From contig JAJRXM010000018.1 of assembly GCA_024276275.1 (NCBI GenBank), positions 20,324-84,323 of the forward strand: DNA of 64,000 nt, in the 5' to 3' direction. A program made the position numbers and the translations under genes. The DNA comes from Candidatus Zixiibacteriota bacterium (lineage in GTDB: Bacteria > Zixibacteria > MSB-5A5 > GN15 > FEB-12). Below, piece after piece: positions 1-9,601 of the stretch. Numbering within the stretch: position 1 is the first letter of the stretch; the number at the start of each line of letters is the position of its first letter. The notes beneath the pieces are model-generated. The model worked only from the letters and a program-made list of their open reading frames with translations. It was not told where the DNA came from and did no database searches.

Positions 1-1
1 T

Positions 2-658
2 ATAACAGATTATGTACCGAGTAGTTTTAATGTCTTATTAACCGTTAATTCTTTTTCAATTTATAGTTCTCCTCTTGTTCGAGGGTCTGTTATATGTGCG
101 TCTGACAGTTCACTTGGAACTATCTACAAAGAAAATATAGATTATCTGATTGATTATGACAAAGGTAATTGTATTCTTAAATCATCGGGACAAATTAATA
201 TAGGTATGTCTCTGACTTTTTTCTTTATACCGTACTCATTATATAATGAAAATTCAGACTATAAAATAGATTACAGCAACGGTTTCTTTCAACGAACAGT
301 ATCGGGTAATATTCAATTAGGTGAGACTCTTTATATCAATTATGCACCGATTTATAATAATTACACCGATGAAATTTTACAAAATGCAGTTACAGAGGCA
401 AACGCTATTATAGAAAACCAAGTCGATCCGGACAAACAGTTTGGTGCCGATTTAGTTCTTCAGACTGCTGCAACATATCGTGCTTTAGAAATTCTTTGTC
501 GTTCATCGGCTATGCGAGAACTTATCAGTCCTGTAAAAAAAGATACAAGTGCAGCCTCCTGGATAAAACTTGCTGAACTGTATACAAGCAGGTCTGAGAA
601 ATTAGTTTTAACATTTAAAGCACCGAAGAACAAACCACATAAACCTACTCATAGTTAA
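2..658 (+). CDS. hypothetical protein, 5'-truncated by the window edge (tracked ORF 206..658 is only its C-terminal part)
   Basis: The frame is open from nt 2 to the TAA at 656-658. A motif like 'NIDYLIDYDKG' / 'DYKIDYSNG' occurs on both sides of nt 206. The C-terminal helical part (ILQNAVTEANAIIENQV..AATYRALEIL) is only vaguely like phage head-tail connector proteins. Confidence 0.5.
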   Translation: MTDYVPSSFNVLLTVNSFSIYSSPLVRGSVICASDSSLGTIYKENIDYLIDYDKGNCILKSSGQINIGMSLTFFFIPYSLYNENSDYKIDYSNGFFQRTVSGNIQLGETLYINYAPIYNNYTDEILQNAVTEANAIIENQVDPDKQFGADLVLQTAATYRALEILCRSSAMRELISPVKKDTSAASWIKLAELYTSRSEKLVLTFKAPKNKPHKPTHS

Positions 659-671
659 TTGGAGAATTGTT

Positions 672-1043
672 ATGTCAGGCTATGCCTTAGTGAATACAAA
701 ACGAAGTTGGTATATCCCAAACCTCAATATTTATGGGACTGTCGTGTGGGGGGAGTTTGAATATATTGTAACAGAAAATATAAACTCTGTTATTTCTGTT
801 CTGTTTAATTCTCTCTCAATTGGAGATAATTCTCAACTCATATCTTATAAAGACCTTATCGATCATAAGGGGAACAATTTGCCTGAGACTCTTGTCAATC
901 CGAAAGTCATTGTGAAACAAAAAAACGAAGAGTCAGCTTTTATAGTCGGCGATGAGTCAAGTAATGGCTTTAAGATAGTTCGTTCCGGCAGTTCTTCAAA
1001 TCCGGTCCCCGTAGATTTATACATTATTGAAATGGGAGGATAA
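672..1043 (+). CDS. hypothetical protein (123 aa)
   Basis: ATG is preceded by GGAG about 8 nt upstream. A 13-nt gap to the previous gene suggests an operon. No recognisable motif. Confidence 0.5.
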   Translation: MSGYALVNTKRSWYIPNLNIYGTVVWGEFEYIVTENINSVISVLFNSLSIGDNSQLISYKDLIDHKGNNLPETLVNPKVIVKQKNEESAFIVGDESSNGFKIVRSGSSSNPVPVDLYIIEMGG

Positions 1044-1048
1044 ACTAT

Positions 1049-1315
1049 TTGGAAAATAAAGAAGATGATAAATTTGCAGAATTAGATGTGTTGGATGACC
1101 TTATCAAAAACTATTACGAAAAATTGACTGTAAACGGAGATGAAAAAATAAAGTTAGGAGACCTTCTTAAAATGATAGAATTAAGAAGAAAATTATCACC
1201 GGAGAATTCAGAACAAAAGAAATTCTGGAAAATGCTTAACAAAATTAGAAAAGAAAACTTGGAAAAAAATAGCAATAAAACCTTCAAACAAAATAGTCAA
1301 AATAAAGATGAATAA
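1049..1315 (+). CDS. hypothetical highly charged Lys/Glu-rich small protein (TTG start)
   Basis: TTG start with GGGAGGA upstream. The 3' end overlaps the next gene by 8 nt. No family recognised. Confidence 0.4.
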   Translation: MENKEDDKFAELDVLDDLIKNYYEKLTVNGDEKIKLGDLLKMIELRRKLSPENSEQKKFWKMLNKIRKENLEKNSNKTFKQNSQNKDE

Positions 1316-1916
1316 AAAAACAATATTCAATTGCTTCATTTTATCTCTAATGTTGATATGCTCAAGTATCTATGCGGATAATATAGGATATACAACTGCA
1401 GGTACTTCATCAAATACGATTGGTAATAATAACGGTACAAATTTGTACGGTTCAAAATATAGATCCGTAAACGGAGGTACATTAGTAACAGCATTTATCA
1501 ACGGTCACAATAATTGGAATGGAACAGATACAGTAGTAATTCTAATATATGATGATACAGGTGGCTATCCCTATAGTTTGATAGCAGAAAGTGCTGAAAT
1601 CGAAATCAATACTAGCACATATACATGGTGGTCTGCTTCTATTACCGGAACAATTTCAGCAGCAACAGATTATTGGATTTTCGTAAGAAATAAAACTATC
1701 GATGCAAGTTCGGTTCGTATTCATAACGATGGAAACATAATAACCGGGTACAGAACTTCTGACCCGACACCTTCAAATAATCTGTTTGCCGACGGTGCTA
1801 CATCAAATAATAATAGCGAGTATTCAATGTATATATCCTATACAGCAGGTGGAGGCGGTGGTGGAGGTATACAAATTCGTAGAAGAGTAATATCTAACAT
1901 AAGGAGAAACGAGTGA
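1308..1916 (+). CDS. secreted hypothetical protein with C-terminal poly-Gly run
   Basis: N-terminal signal-peptide-like segment (FNCFILSLMLICSSIYA). It has a 'VVILIYDDTGGYPYSLI' segment resembling modules in the giant protein 9602..14608, and a GGGGGGG run near the C-terminus. Confidence 0.55.
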   Translation: MNKKTIFNCFILSLMLICSSIYADNIGYTTAGTSSNTIGNNNGTNLYGSKYRSVNGGTLVTAFINGHNNWNGTDTVVILIYDDTGGYPYSLIAESAEIEINTSTYTWWSASITGTISAATDYWIFVRNKTIDASSVRIHNDGNIITGYRTSDPTPSNNLFADGATSNNNSEYSMYISYTAGGGGGGGIQIRRRVISNIRRNE

Positions 1917-3370
1917 GACTTTTTATTCTATCAATACTAATACCTTTATTCTGTATATCGAAACCAATACAAGCAAATATAGTAAATAATTCAGGAAGCA
2001 ATGGAGCCGACAGTTTAACACTACAGTTTTATAACTTAGACTCCTTGGGAAGTTTAATAGATATAGCCGCAACAGATTCAATCGGAATTATCACATTCTA
2101 CCCGGAAGGTGCTGTTGCCTATACAGCTGTTATCTTAGGAAATAATAGTAATATCATAAGTCAGTCGCAAACAAATATAGGAACTTGTTATTCCTATGGA
2201 GTTGCGATTGCCGATATAGACGGTGCCAGTCCGTCACAGGGTGTTTATTCCTGGCTTTTAACGGTCAAAGATATTTCGCTTGGTTTGACAACAGTTCATA
2301 CAGGAACATTTCAACTGTATACAGGGTCTGATTATAATACACGGTTAGATAATCTCGATGCAACCCTTTCCAGCAGGTCGACATTTAATCCAATTTCTGA
2401 TTCGGTAAATGCCAAGGCAAATATCCTTTCAATATCTGATGACAGCAATGCCGCGGACTCGCTTGAGGCACTTGTTGACGGTGAATCGAACTTTCAGCTT
2501 GAGCTAAAACAGCTGTTTATTAATAATCCCGACGGTTCAGCAATTTATGCCAGTTCGCAATCATCAAGTGGACACGGCATGTATCTGGAATCTACCCAAG
2601 GGGGTAATGGACTATATGCTTTAAATACCGGAACAGGAAACGGTATAAAAGCGGAGGCAAATGGTACCGGCAATGGTGACGGTTTCACAGTAATCGGTAC
2701 CGGAAGCGGATTTGATATAAATGCTTCGGAACTTAAAGTATTACAAGATTCAGTTAATATAATAATAGATTCACTCAATAGCACCGGAGCAGGAATATAT
2801 GCTTACAAAGTTACGGTCATAGATTCAGCAAACAGTTCTCCGGTTCCTGCGGTCTCCGCATATTTACGGAATTTAGACCAAACTGTTCTTATAGCATCGG
2901 GACGTTCAAATGCAAACGGAGAACTATCCTTTAATCTTGATCCGGGAAGTTATCTTCTTTTAGCAAATGCTCCGGGGTATATTTTTAATTCGTTTGATAC
3001 GATTGTTGTTACAGGTCAGGGAGAAGATTCCCTTTTTGGATATACATTTGACCCCGGTCAACCTGCCCAACCGAATTTGTGTCGGGCGTATGCATATATT
3101 TATGATATAAACGGCATCCCCGAAACTCAGGCAACTATCACAGCATCACTTCCCGGAGGAGTTGCTCGTTCCGGACAAATTATTGTATCCCCTTTTAAAG
3201 TATCTACAATTTCAGATTCACTAGGATATTTCTATTTGGATTTAATACCTTCTGATTCATTAAACCCTTCCGGTCAACTGTATGAAATAACAATAGCAAA
3301 AAAAGACGGTACAATTTTAAGACAACGATTAACAATTCCATCAACAACAAGCTGGCAGATAAGCTGGTAA
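1913..3370 (+). CDS. secreted protein with Gly/Asn/Thr-rich central repeats and a carboxypeptidase-regulatory-like beta-sandwich
   Basis: GTG start with AAGGAG 8 nt upstream and a 4-nt overlap with the previous gene. Signal peptide. The segment 'RNLDQTVLIASGRSNANGELSFNLDPGSYLLLANAPGYIF' is typical of the CarboxypepD_reg fold. Confidence 0.6.
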   Translation: MRLFILSILIPLFCISKPIQANIVNNSGSNGADSLTLQFYNLDSLGSLIDIAATDSIGIITFYPEGAVAYTAVILGNNSNIISQSQTNIGTCYSYGVAIADIDGASPSQGVYSWLLTVKDISLGLTTVHTGTFQLYTGSDYNTRLDNLDATLSSRSTFNPISDSVNAKANILSISDDSNAADSLEALVDGESNFQLELKQLFINNPDGSAIYASSQSSSGHGMYLESTQGGNGLYALNTGTGNGIKAEANGTGNGDGFTVIGTGSGFDINASELKVLQDSVNIIIDSLNSTGAGIYAYKVTVIDSANSSPVPAVSAYLRNLDQTVLIASGRSNANGELSFNLDPGSYLLLANAPGYIFNSFDTIVVTGQGEDSLFGYTFDPGQPAQPNLCRAYAYIYDINGIPETQATITASLPGGVARSGQIIVSPFKVSTISDSLGYFYLDLIPSDSLNPSGQLYEITIAKKDGTILRQRLTIPSTTSWQISW

Positions 3371-3384
3371 AAAAGGAGTATTTT

Positions 3385-3687
3385 ATGGATTCATTTTTTT
3401 CACAGGGAACATCATGGCTCGGGTTACTCAGTTCAGTAGGGATGATTCTAGTTGGACATGTTGCCAACAAGTATGTTATTCCATTTTTAAAAATTGGTAA
3501 AAGAAAACAATATGCACAATATATTGCGACAATTGCTGATGAAATTACCGATGATTTAAAAAATAAGTTTCCGAAAAAGGAATGGCTGAAACATCTTGAC
3601 TCTGCTGTTGATACTCTTATCTCTATTAGTGGTGTATCACCGCAGGTAGCTCGCAGAGCAATATCGGCATCAGCAAGTAGAAAGTAA
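3385..3687 (+). CDS. small membrane protein (one N-terminal TM helix, charged C-terminus)
   Basis: AGGAG RBS. Hydrophobic stretch WLGLLSSVGMILVGHV. Last gene of the operon, followed by a strong terminator. Confidence 0.5.
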   Translation: MDSFFSQGTSWLGLLSSVGMILVGHVANKYVIPFLKIGKRKQYAQYIATIADEITDDLKNKFPKKEWLKHLDSAVDTLISISGVSPQVARRAISASASRK

Positions 3688-3716
3688 AAAAAAGCCCGCC
3701 TAAGCGGGCTTTTTAT
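3686..3716. terminator. bidirectional rho-independent terminator
   Basis: AGCCCGC-ctaa-GCGGGCT 7-bp GC-rich stem flanked by an A-run (3686-3693) and a T-run (3710-3714). It sits between convergent genes. Confidence 0.8.
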
Positions 3717-3719
3717 ATT

Positions 3720-5815
3720 TTAATAACAAGGAGTAGGAGTCAATCCAAAAATAAAATTTGCATAATATACAATATCAGTGATATTTAAAAACCCGTCACA
3801 ATTTGTGTCTGCTCGGGCATCACCTCCTACAGGAGGTGGACTTGATTGGTAAAATAATTTACAATATAGTCTAAGTCACTTATGTCAGCGGACCCGTCAT
3901 TATTTAAATCACCTGCGAGATAAAATTGAGTACAGTCATAAGATAACATTGTTGTATTGTATCCTTTGAGTCCTGTTAGGTCTGTCCCTTCAGATTGAAT
4001 AAAATAGTCCGAACCCTGCCAAAGATTAGGGGGTGTCCAATTAAATGCCCAACCATTTGTTCTATCTAAATCAGCTCCAAAAGTTGTGAGTTGTGTAGTC
4101 CAATTGATTACTCCGATTTCAATAATGATTTCAATAGGTTGCCAATCACCGTTATAAAATATTTCAGAGCCTTGAGTTACGTTGCGTAATAGAACGGTAT
4201 CAATTGATGCGTTCAAAGGATTGCTTATTGTGATTTGATAAGAACCTGTTAAATCTACGGTTCCGTAAAAACCGTCTATGAGTATCCAATTATTACTTGT
4301 TCCGCCTATACCGGCCATGATAACTTTACCATTAACTTCCATCTGAGTTCTCAAGTCTAAATATGCAGGATATCTTTTGTAATCAACCGATAGTGCATTA
4401 CCGACTGTAGGACTAAACTCTTTCAGTCCTTTGAAAATATTTTCATCATATACACCGCTGTCAGCAGCAATTGAAAAATATGTAGCCATTTTGTAAGACA
4501 TCTGAGTAGGTGTAATTGTGTTAAAACCTTCTTTCATTAAATAGGCGTTCCCTCTATCTGCCAATGCTTGGATTGCCAAAGAAGCTGCGATTGCTGATGA
4601 ATAGAAGTTTCCATAACTTGATAAAAGTAATGTCTGTGCGTTGATTGAATAATTAGGTTCAGAGCGTTTATACATTAAACTTATAGACAAAAGGTCTTCA
4701 TCACTGGATGACATTAAAATATCAAACGAAGGACAGAAATCAGAACCGAACGACGGTGTCGTTATTTCAGCAACAGGAGGTGTCGGTTCTAAGAAAAGAG
4801 AGATTACATCTGATGCTTCTCTGCCAAGTGTATCAACTGCCGTTACCTTGATATTATAAGTGCCTTCAGGAATTCCTGAAAAATCCCAACTATAATTATA
4901 CCCGCTTGCATTTAAACTTGGATTCAAACCGTCACGAAATGCTTTAGTACCGTCATAGTCTCTACCGACTTCTATAAAGTTAGTATCAGATGCATAAGAA
5001 AATGAGATATAGTCAATTATTGATGATCCCGAAGTTTCATCTACCCAAATCTCAACTGTTTTATACATCTTATCATTATTATTCGGAGATAGAATAGTTA
5101 CGGCAGGTGCTGGTTGCGATGCTGCACCGCCGGTAACGCCAGAAGCATACAGAACTAGTTGTCCGGGGAAATTATAAAATGTGTTATTTATTAAATCTAT
5201 AAACCCGATTGTATCATCCCAGACATTATATGAAGCACAAATAGATAACAAACTACTATCTGTTACTACAGCAGGATTACTATTCGGGTTTGAAATATCA
5301 CCGAGAAAAAATCCTGCAAAAAACGGTTCAGTAACTACTACCGGTTGGTCAAGAGGTATCCATATATTATAAAGACCGGGGCCGGGTATCGAAATAGAGT
5401 AACTAGATGATATACCCAGCATGATAGTATCGGGGTAAGGACAATTCGGATTTGTATAATCAACCTGTTCTACATCTACCGATGCTACTATAGTAGTTGT
5501 GTCAGAAAATGTCATTGGCATATTAATTTCTGTGATAGTAAAAGGATATGGATTAACACAACCGAGAGAAGGGTCTATAAAACTTTTATACAATTCATTT
5601 CCGACAACCCAGCCATTAATTTGAAATATAACTCCTTGGTCATGACGTACAATACAAGTGTCCGCGGTAGTGAGAGAGGGTCGTACACGAATATCTGTAA
5701 TAGTTGTATTATTGACTTTAGTAACAGAGATATTGTTTTTCCCTGCCGATTGTGTCGGTCCTGCAAAAGTCAGAATTGCTATGCTGAGGAAAATAATAAA
5801 TTTCCGATATATCAT
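3720..5815 (-). pseudogene. large secreted protein with C-terminal double dockerin-type repeat, interrupted by a 1-nt frameshift between the two repeats (tracked ORF 3827..5815)
   Basis: Signal peptide at the N-terminus. The ORF ends ..GDLNNDGSADISDLDYIVNYFTNQVHLL*. A frame shifted by one then reads QSSPPPVGGDARADTNCDGFLNITDIVYYANFIFGLTPTPCY*, with its stop at 3720-3722; this is the missing second dockerin repeat. Confidence 0.7.
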
Positions 5816-5951
5816 GGAATATCCTTAATTGTCAAATGTTTATCCTTTTTCTTGATTATCGAGCAATTTCGATTATACTTGATAAAAAATGAGTAAAATG
5901 TTTAAAAACTTACTGACTGAAAGTGACTATAAATCATAACTTTACAATCCT

Positions 5952-6800
5952 ATGCATCAGAATAAACGAAGAAAACCGGATTGGTTAAAAATTAAAGCTG
6001 TTGGGGGAGATAAGTTTAAAGAGGTTAACCAATTAATTACAGAATATGGTGTTCAAACAGTCTGCCAAGCTGCCAATTGCCCGAACAGGTCAGAATGTTT
6101 TGACAGAGGTACTGCTACTTTTTTAATATTAGGCTCAAAATGTACCCGAAATTGTCGATTTTGTGATATTGAAGCAGGGGTACCGCAAAGTGTTGATTTA
6201 ACAGAACCAAAACGGATTGCGGAAATGTCAGCTAAACTCAAATTAAAACATGTCGTTATTACATCGGTAACCAGAGATGATCTTGCTGATGGAGGAGCTT
6301 TACAGTTTGCTGACTCTGTAAAAGAAATTCGATTACTACTTCCTCAAGCTGTTATCGAACTTCTAACACCTGATTTTTTACATGCTCCTGACGGTATAAA
6401 AATTATTATAGATTGTACACCTGATATTTTTAATCATAATTTGGAAACCGTAGAATCTTTGTATTCTGTTGTAAGACCTCAGGCAAAATACACATCTTCT
6501 TTACAACTTTTAAAATTTGTTGCTGATAATTCTACTATTAAAACAAAATCAGGGATTATGGTTGGGGTCGGTGAAACTAAAGAAGAATTAAAAGTTTTGT
6601 TCGATGACTTGGCAGAAGCTCATGTTTCAATCTTAACCATTGGACAATATCTTGCACCCTCTAATAGACATCTACCTGTTATAAAGTACTATCATCCCGA
6701 TGAGTTCTCCGAATTGAAACGGATTGCTGAAAATTCAGGGATAGCTAAAGTAGTTTCAGCTCCCTTAGTTCGGTCATCATATAGGGCAGACCAGATATAA
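5952..6800 (+). CDS. lipA: lipoyl synthase
   Basis: N-terminal Cys cluster CQAANCPNRSEC plus radical-SAM CTRNCRFC. Length and overall sequence are typical of LipA. Confidence 0.92.
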   Translation: MHQNKRRKPDWLKIKAVGGDKFKEVNQLITEYGVQTVCQAANCPNRSECFDRGTATFLILGSKCTRNCRFCDIEAGVPQSVDLTEPKRIAEMSAKLKLKHVVITSVTRDDLADGGALQFADSVKEIRLLLPQAVIELLTPDFLHAPDGIKIIIDCTPDIFNHNLETVESLYSVVRPQAKYTSSLQLLKFVADNSTIKTKSGIMVGVGETKEELKVLFDDLAEAHVSILTIGQYLAPSNRHLPVIKYYHPDEFSELKRIAENSGIAKVVSAPLVRSSYRADQI

Positions 6801-6906
6801 TTGGTCCGATAAGCTCAACCTTTATACAGAATAAAAATAACTATCTACCCGAGTGGATTTCCTCCGATATTGAATGAAGAACGTATTTAGGAAGGAAAGA
6901 ACCTCA

Positions 6907-8421
6907 ATGTCAAACATCTCTGTTTCTCAAATTGTTGTAGTAGATGATGAAAAGTATATTTGTGATATAATTAAAGAAGCCCTTTCATCATTTGATTATA
7001 ATGTACATACATTTTCTAATGTCGCCGAAGGAATTGAATTTATCAAAAACAACCAAGTTGACCTAGTGTTAACCGATTTGGTGATGGGCGAGTATTCTGG
7101 CGTAGATGTCATAGATGTAACTCAGGAAAACCATGATGATGCTGTTGTAATTCTTATGACTGCTCACCCGACGGTCGAAGCTGCTATAGAAGTACTTAAA
7201 AAAGGTGCTTACGATTTTTTAGTCAAACCGTTCAAACTTGATTTATTAAGGGCAACAATTAAACGAGGCTTAGCTCATCAGCAAGTTATTCGGGACAATG
7301 TATCGTTAAAAGAGCAGGTTGCATTCTTGAAAGTAACTAATGCATCTGCCGCTGAAGACAATAAAGAAGAGTTTATGCGATTAGTTGCTCAATCGTGTAA
7401 GAAAGAACTTTCAGCTGAAGCTGTCTCTTTGTTTTCTATAGACACAAAAACAAAAAAAATTAGTGCTAAAATTAATGACTGTGATGATAATCGATTTTTG
7501 GAAACAGTTTCTGATGAATCTGTCATAGCAAAAATTATAAAATCAAAATCTCATTTTCCTATTATTACAAAAGAATCAATCGAGATAGATGGACAACAAC
7601 TGATAAAAACATTTATTACACAGCCTATTTGTAGTCGACGTGAATTGATGGGTGTAATAAATCTTATAGTTGTTAATCGTTTTGATAATATTACATCCGG
7701 TCAACTTGATATACTTATGTTATTAAGTAACTCGGCAGCATCAACATTTATGAACTTTAAACTATACCATGATTTGGAGCATTCGTATTTACAAGCTTTT
7801 TCAGCTTTGGCAAATGCTATTGAAGCAAGAGATGCATACACCGCAGGACATACATCCCGTGTTTGTCAATTGGCAGAGTTTATCGCTTCCGAATTAGGAT
7901 GGAGTTCACAGCAGCTTTATCACTTAAAAATTGGTTGTACGCTTCATGATATCGGCAAAATAGGGGTTCCTGATTCTATTTTAAATAAACAGGCTAAACT
8001 GACTGATAAAGAACAACTTAAAATGAATAGTCATCCTGATATGGGTTTAAAAATTATTCAGGGAATTGAATTGTTTAACCCGGCTATTCCGTATGTAATT
8101 GCACATCATGAAAAATTTGACGGTTCAGGATATCCAAATCAATTGGCAGGGGAATAAATTCCTTTAGAAGGTAGACTACTTTCTGTTGCTGATACTTTTG
8201 ATGCTATTATGTCCGACAGACCATATCGTAAAGGGCAGTGTTTACGGGTTGCAGTAGAAGAATTGAGAAAATATAAAGGAACACAATTCGACCCTTTGAT
8301 TGTTGATACATTTATTTGGATTATTCAACAAGGCAAAATTGATTTTGTTCAGATGTACGGTCGGGAAGAGGATCTTTCTCAGTTAAAAGAAATTGTATCT
8401 ACTGAAAAGGAATCGGTGTAA
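6907..8421 (+). pseudogene. response regulator REC-GAF-HD-GYP (c-di-GMP phosphodiesterase type) with an in-frame TAA at 8155-8157 (tracked ORFs 6874..8157 and 8209..8421)
   Basis: REC domain (VVVDDEKY..LVLTDLVMG..KP). HD-GYP motifs are HDIGK and HHEKFDGSGYP. The sequence after the stop continues in the same frame as IPLEGRLLSVADTFDAIMSDRPYRKG. The ATG at 6907 has a GGAAGGAAAG RBS. Confidence 0.8.
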
Positions 8422-9493
8422 AAGAGAGAATTAGTATAATCAATGAACTAATCCCGAGTATTATAGCAGTTTTAGAAAGTTTTTTAGAATCGTTTAAAGT
8501 GGGAGGGTGTTTGACACCAAATACAACTCCCATTAAAGCAAACATCCACCAGAGTGGTGATTCAAACCCTAGAAGAAACAACCCCCCCATTGAAATAAAT
8601 GCTACGATATGTTGTCTCTTCGGAAAAAGACCATAGACAATATGTCCACCGTCAAGTTGTCCGATAGGTAGCATATTTATGGCAGTTACAAGCATTCCTA
8701 CCCATCCGGCAAATATTGCATCATTTAATTCTATTACAAAATGTTCTGAATTTATATTTAAAAGAAAAGTTGTAAGAAACTTGAATATCAAAGGTTCACC
8801 TAAAAATCCGGTTTCCATCGGCGTTGTCAAAGGTACTATTAATGCAGTTTTGATTCCATAAATAGTCCATCCTAATGCAACAATCCATCCTGCAATAGGT
8901 CCCCATGCTCCTACTTCAATTAAGTCTCTACGATTCCAAAAAGGTGATTTAGATTTAATGACAGCTCCAAAAGTTCCTATGATATTAGGTGCCGGAATAA
9001 AATACGGCCAAGATGTAATTATATGCCTTCTTCTGCCGGCGATATAATGTCCCATTTCATGAACAAACAAAATTGAAATCATAGCGATAGTAAATAGAAT
9101 ATTTTGACCTCCCAAAAGAGATTGATAAGTTTGAGAGAAAATATCCGTTAAAGAAGTATCACTATTCTCAAAATAAGATTGCAAAAAAACCGGAACAACA
9201 TAAACAGAAAACAAGGTGAGAAAAAATAATATAATATTTATTGCGGGGATTTTGAAAGTCGGTTTTGAATTTACTCTTAATAGAATATGGTCTTCTTCAT
9301 TTTTTATTGTGTATTTGTAGCCGGCTATATCAAGCCTATCGATAAGTAGTTTTACCGAAACTTCTCTATTGTATATCGGAAAAAGGGTCAGGACAGTTTC
9401 ATTTGACAAATCATATATTGCGGTGATGTTAAAAAGGTCACCGACTAATTTATAAGCTGCCTGATTTTTCTTGTCTAATTCTTTTTGACACAT
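8399..9493 (-). CDS. site-2 protease family (M50) membrane metalloprotease
   Basis: HEMGHY (HExxH) in a TM segment, NMLPIGQLDGGH motif, and multiple TM helices. Confidence 0.8.
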   Translation of the reverse strand: MCQKELDKKNQAAYKLVGDLFNITAIYDLSNETVLTLFPIYNREVSVKLLIDRLDIAGYKYTIKNEEDHILLRVNSKPTFKIPAINIILFFLTLFSVYVVPVFLQSYFENSDTSLTDIFSQTYQSLLGGQNILFTIAMISILFVHEMGHYIAGRRRHIITSWPYFIPAPNIIGTFGAVIKSKSPFWNRRDLIEVGAWGPIAGWIVALGWTIYGIKTALIVPLTTPMETGFLGEPLIFKFLTTFLLNINSEHFVIELNDAIFAGWVGMLVTAINMLPIGQLDGGHIVYGLFPKRQHIVAFISMGGLFLLGFESPLWWMFALMGVVFGVKHPPTLNDSKKLSKTAIILGISSLIILILSFTPIPFQ

Positions 9494-9531
9494 GTTTTTA
9501 AATATACTTCTTCACGCCAAAAATAAAATAT

Positions 9532-9564
9532 AAAAAAGAAGCGAGGAGTTAAACTCCTCGCTTC
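9532..9564 (-). terminator. rho-independent terminator of gene 9602..14608
   Basis: GAAGCGAGGAGTT-taa-ACTCCTCGCTTC stem (9538-9564) followed on the minus strand by a T6 run (9532-9537). Confidence 0.75.
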
Positions 9565-9601
9565 AGTATTACTATAAAATCAAATTACTAAAAACCGGTG
9601 T

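Noticed and set aside
1-3716. Calling the first operon a prophage
   Set aside because: No integrase, terminase, portal, capsid or lysin is recognisable in the window, and two products have signal peptides. It is kept only as a low-interest possibility.
8399-8421. 23-nt convergent 3' overlap of the HD-GYP and M50 genes, and the 11-nt overlap at 30254-30264, as antisense regulation
   Set aside because: Short convergent 3' overlaps are common in compact genomes, and no additional structure supports a regulatory role.
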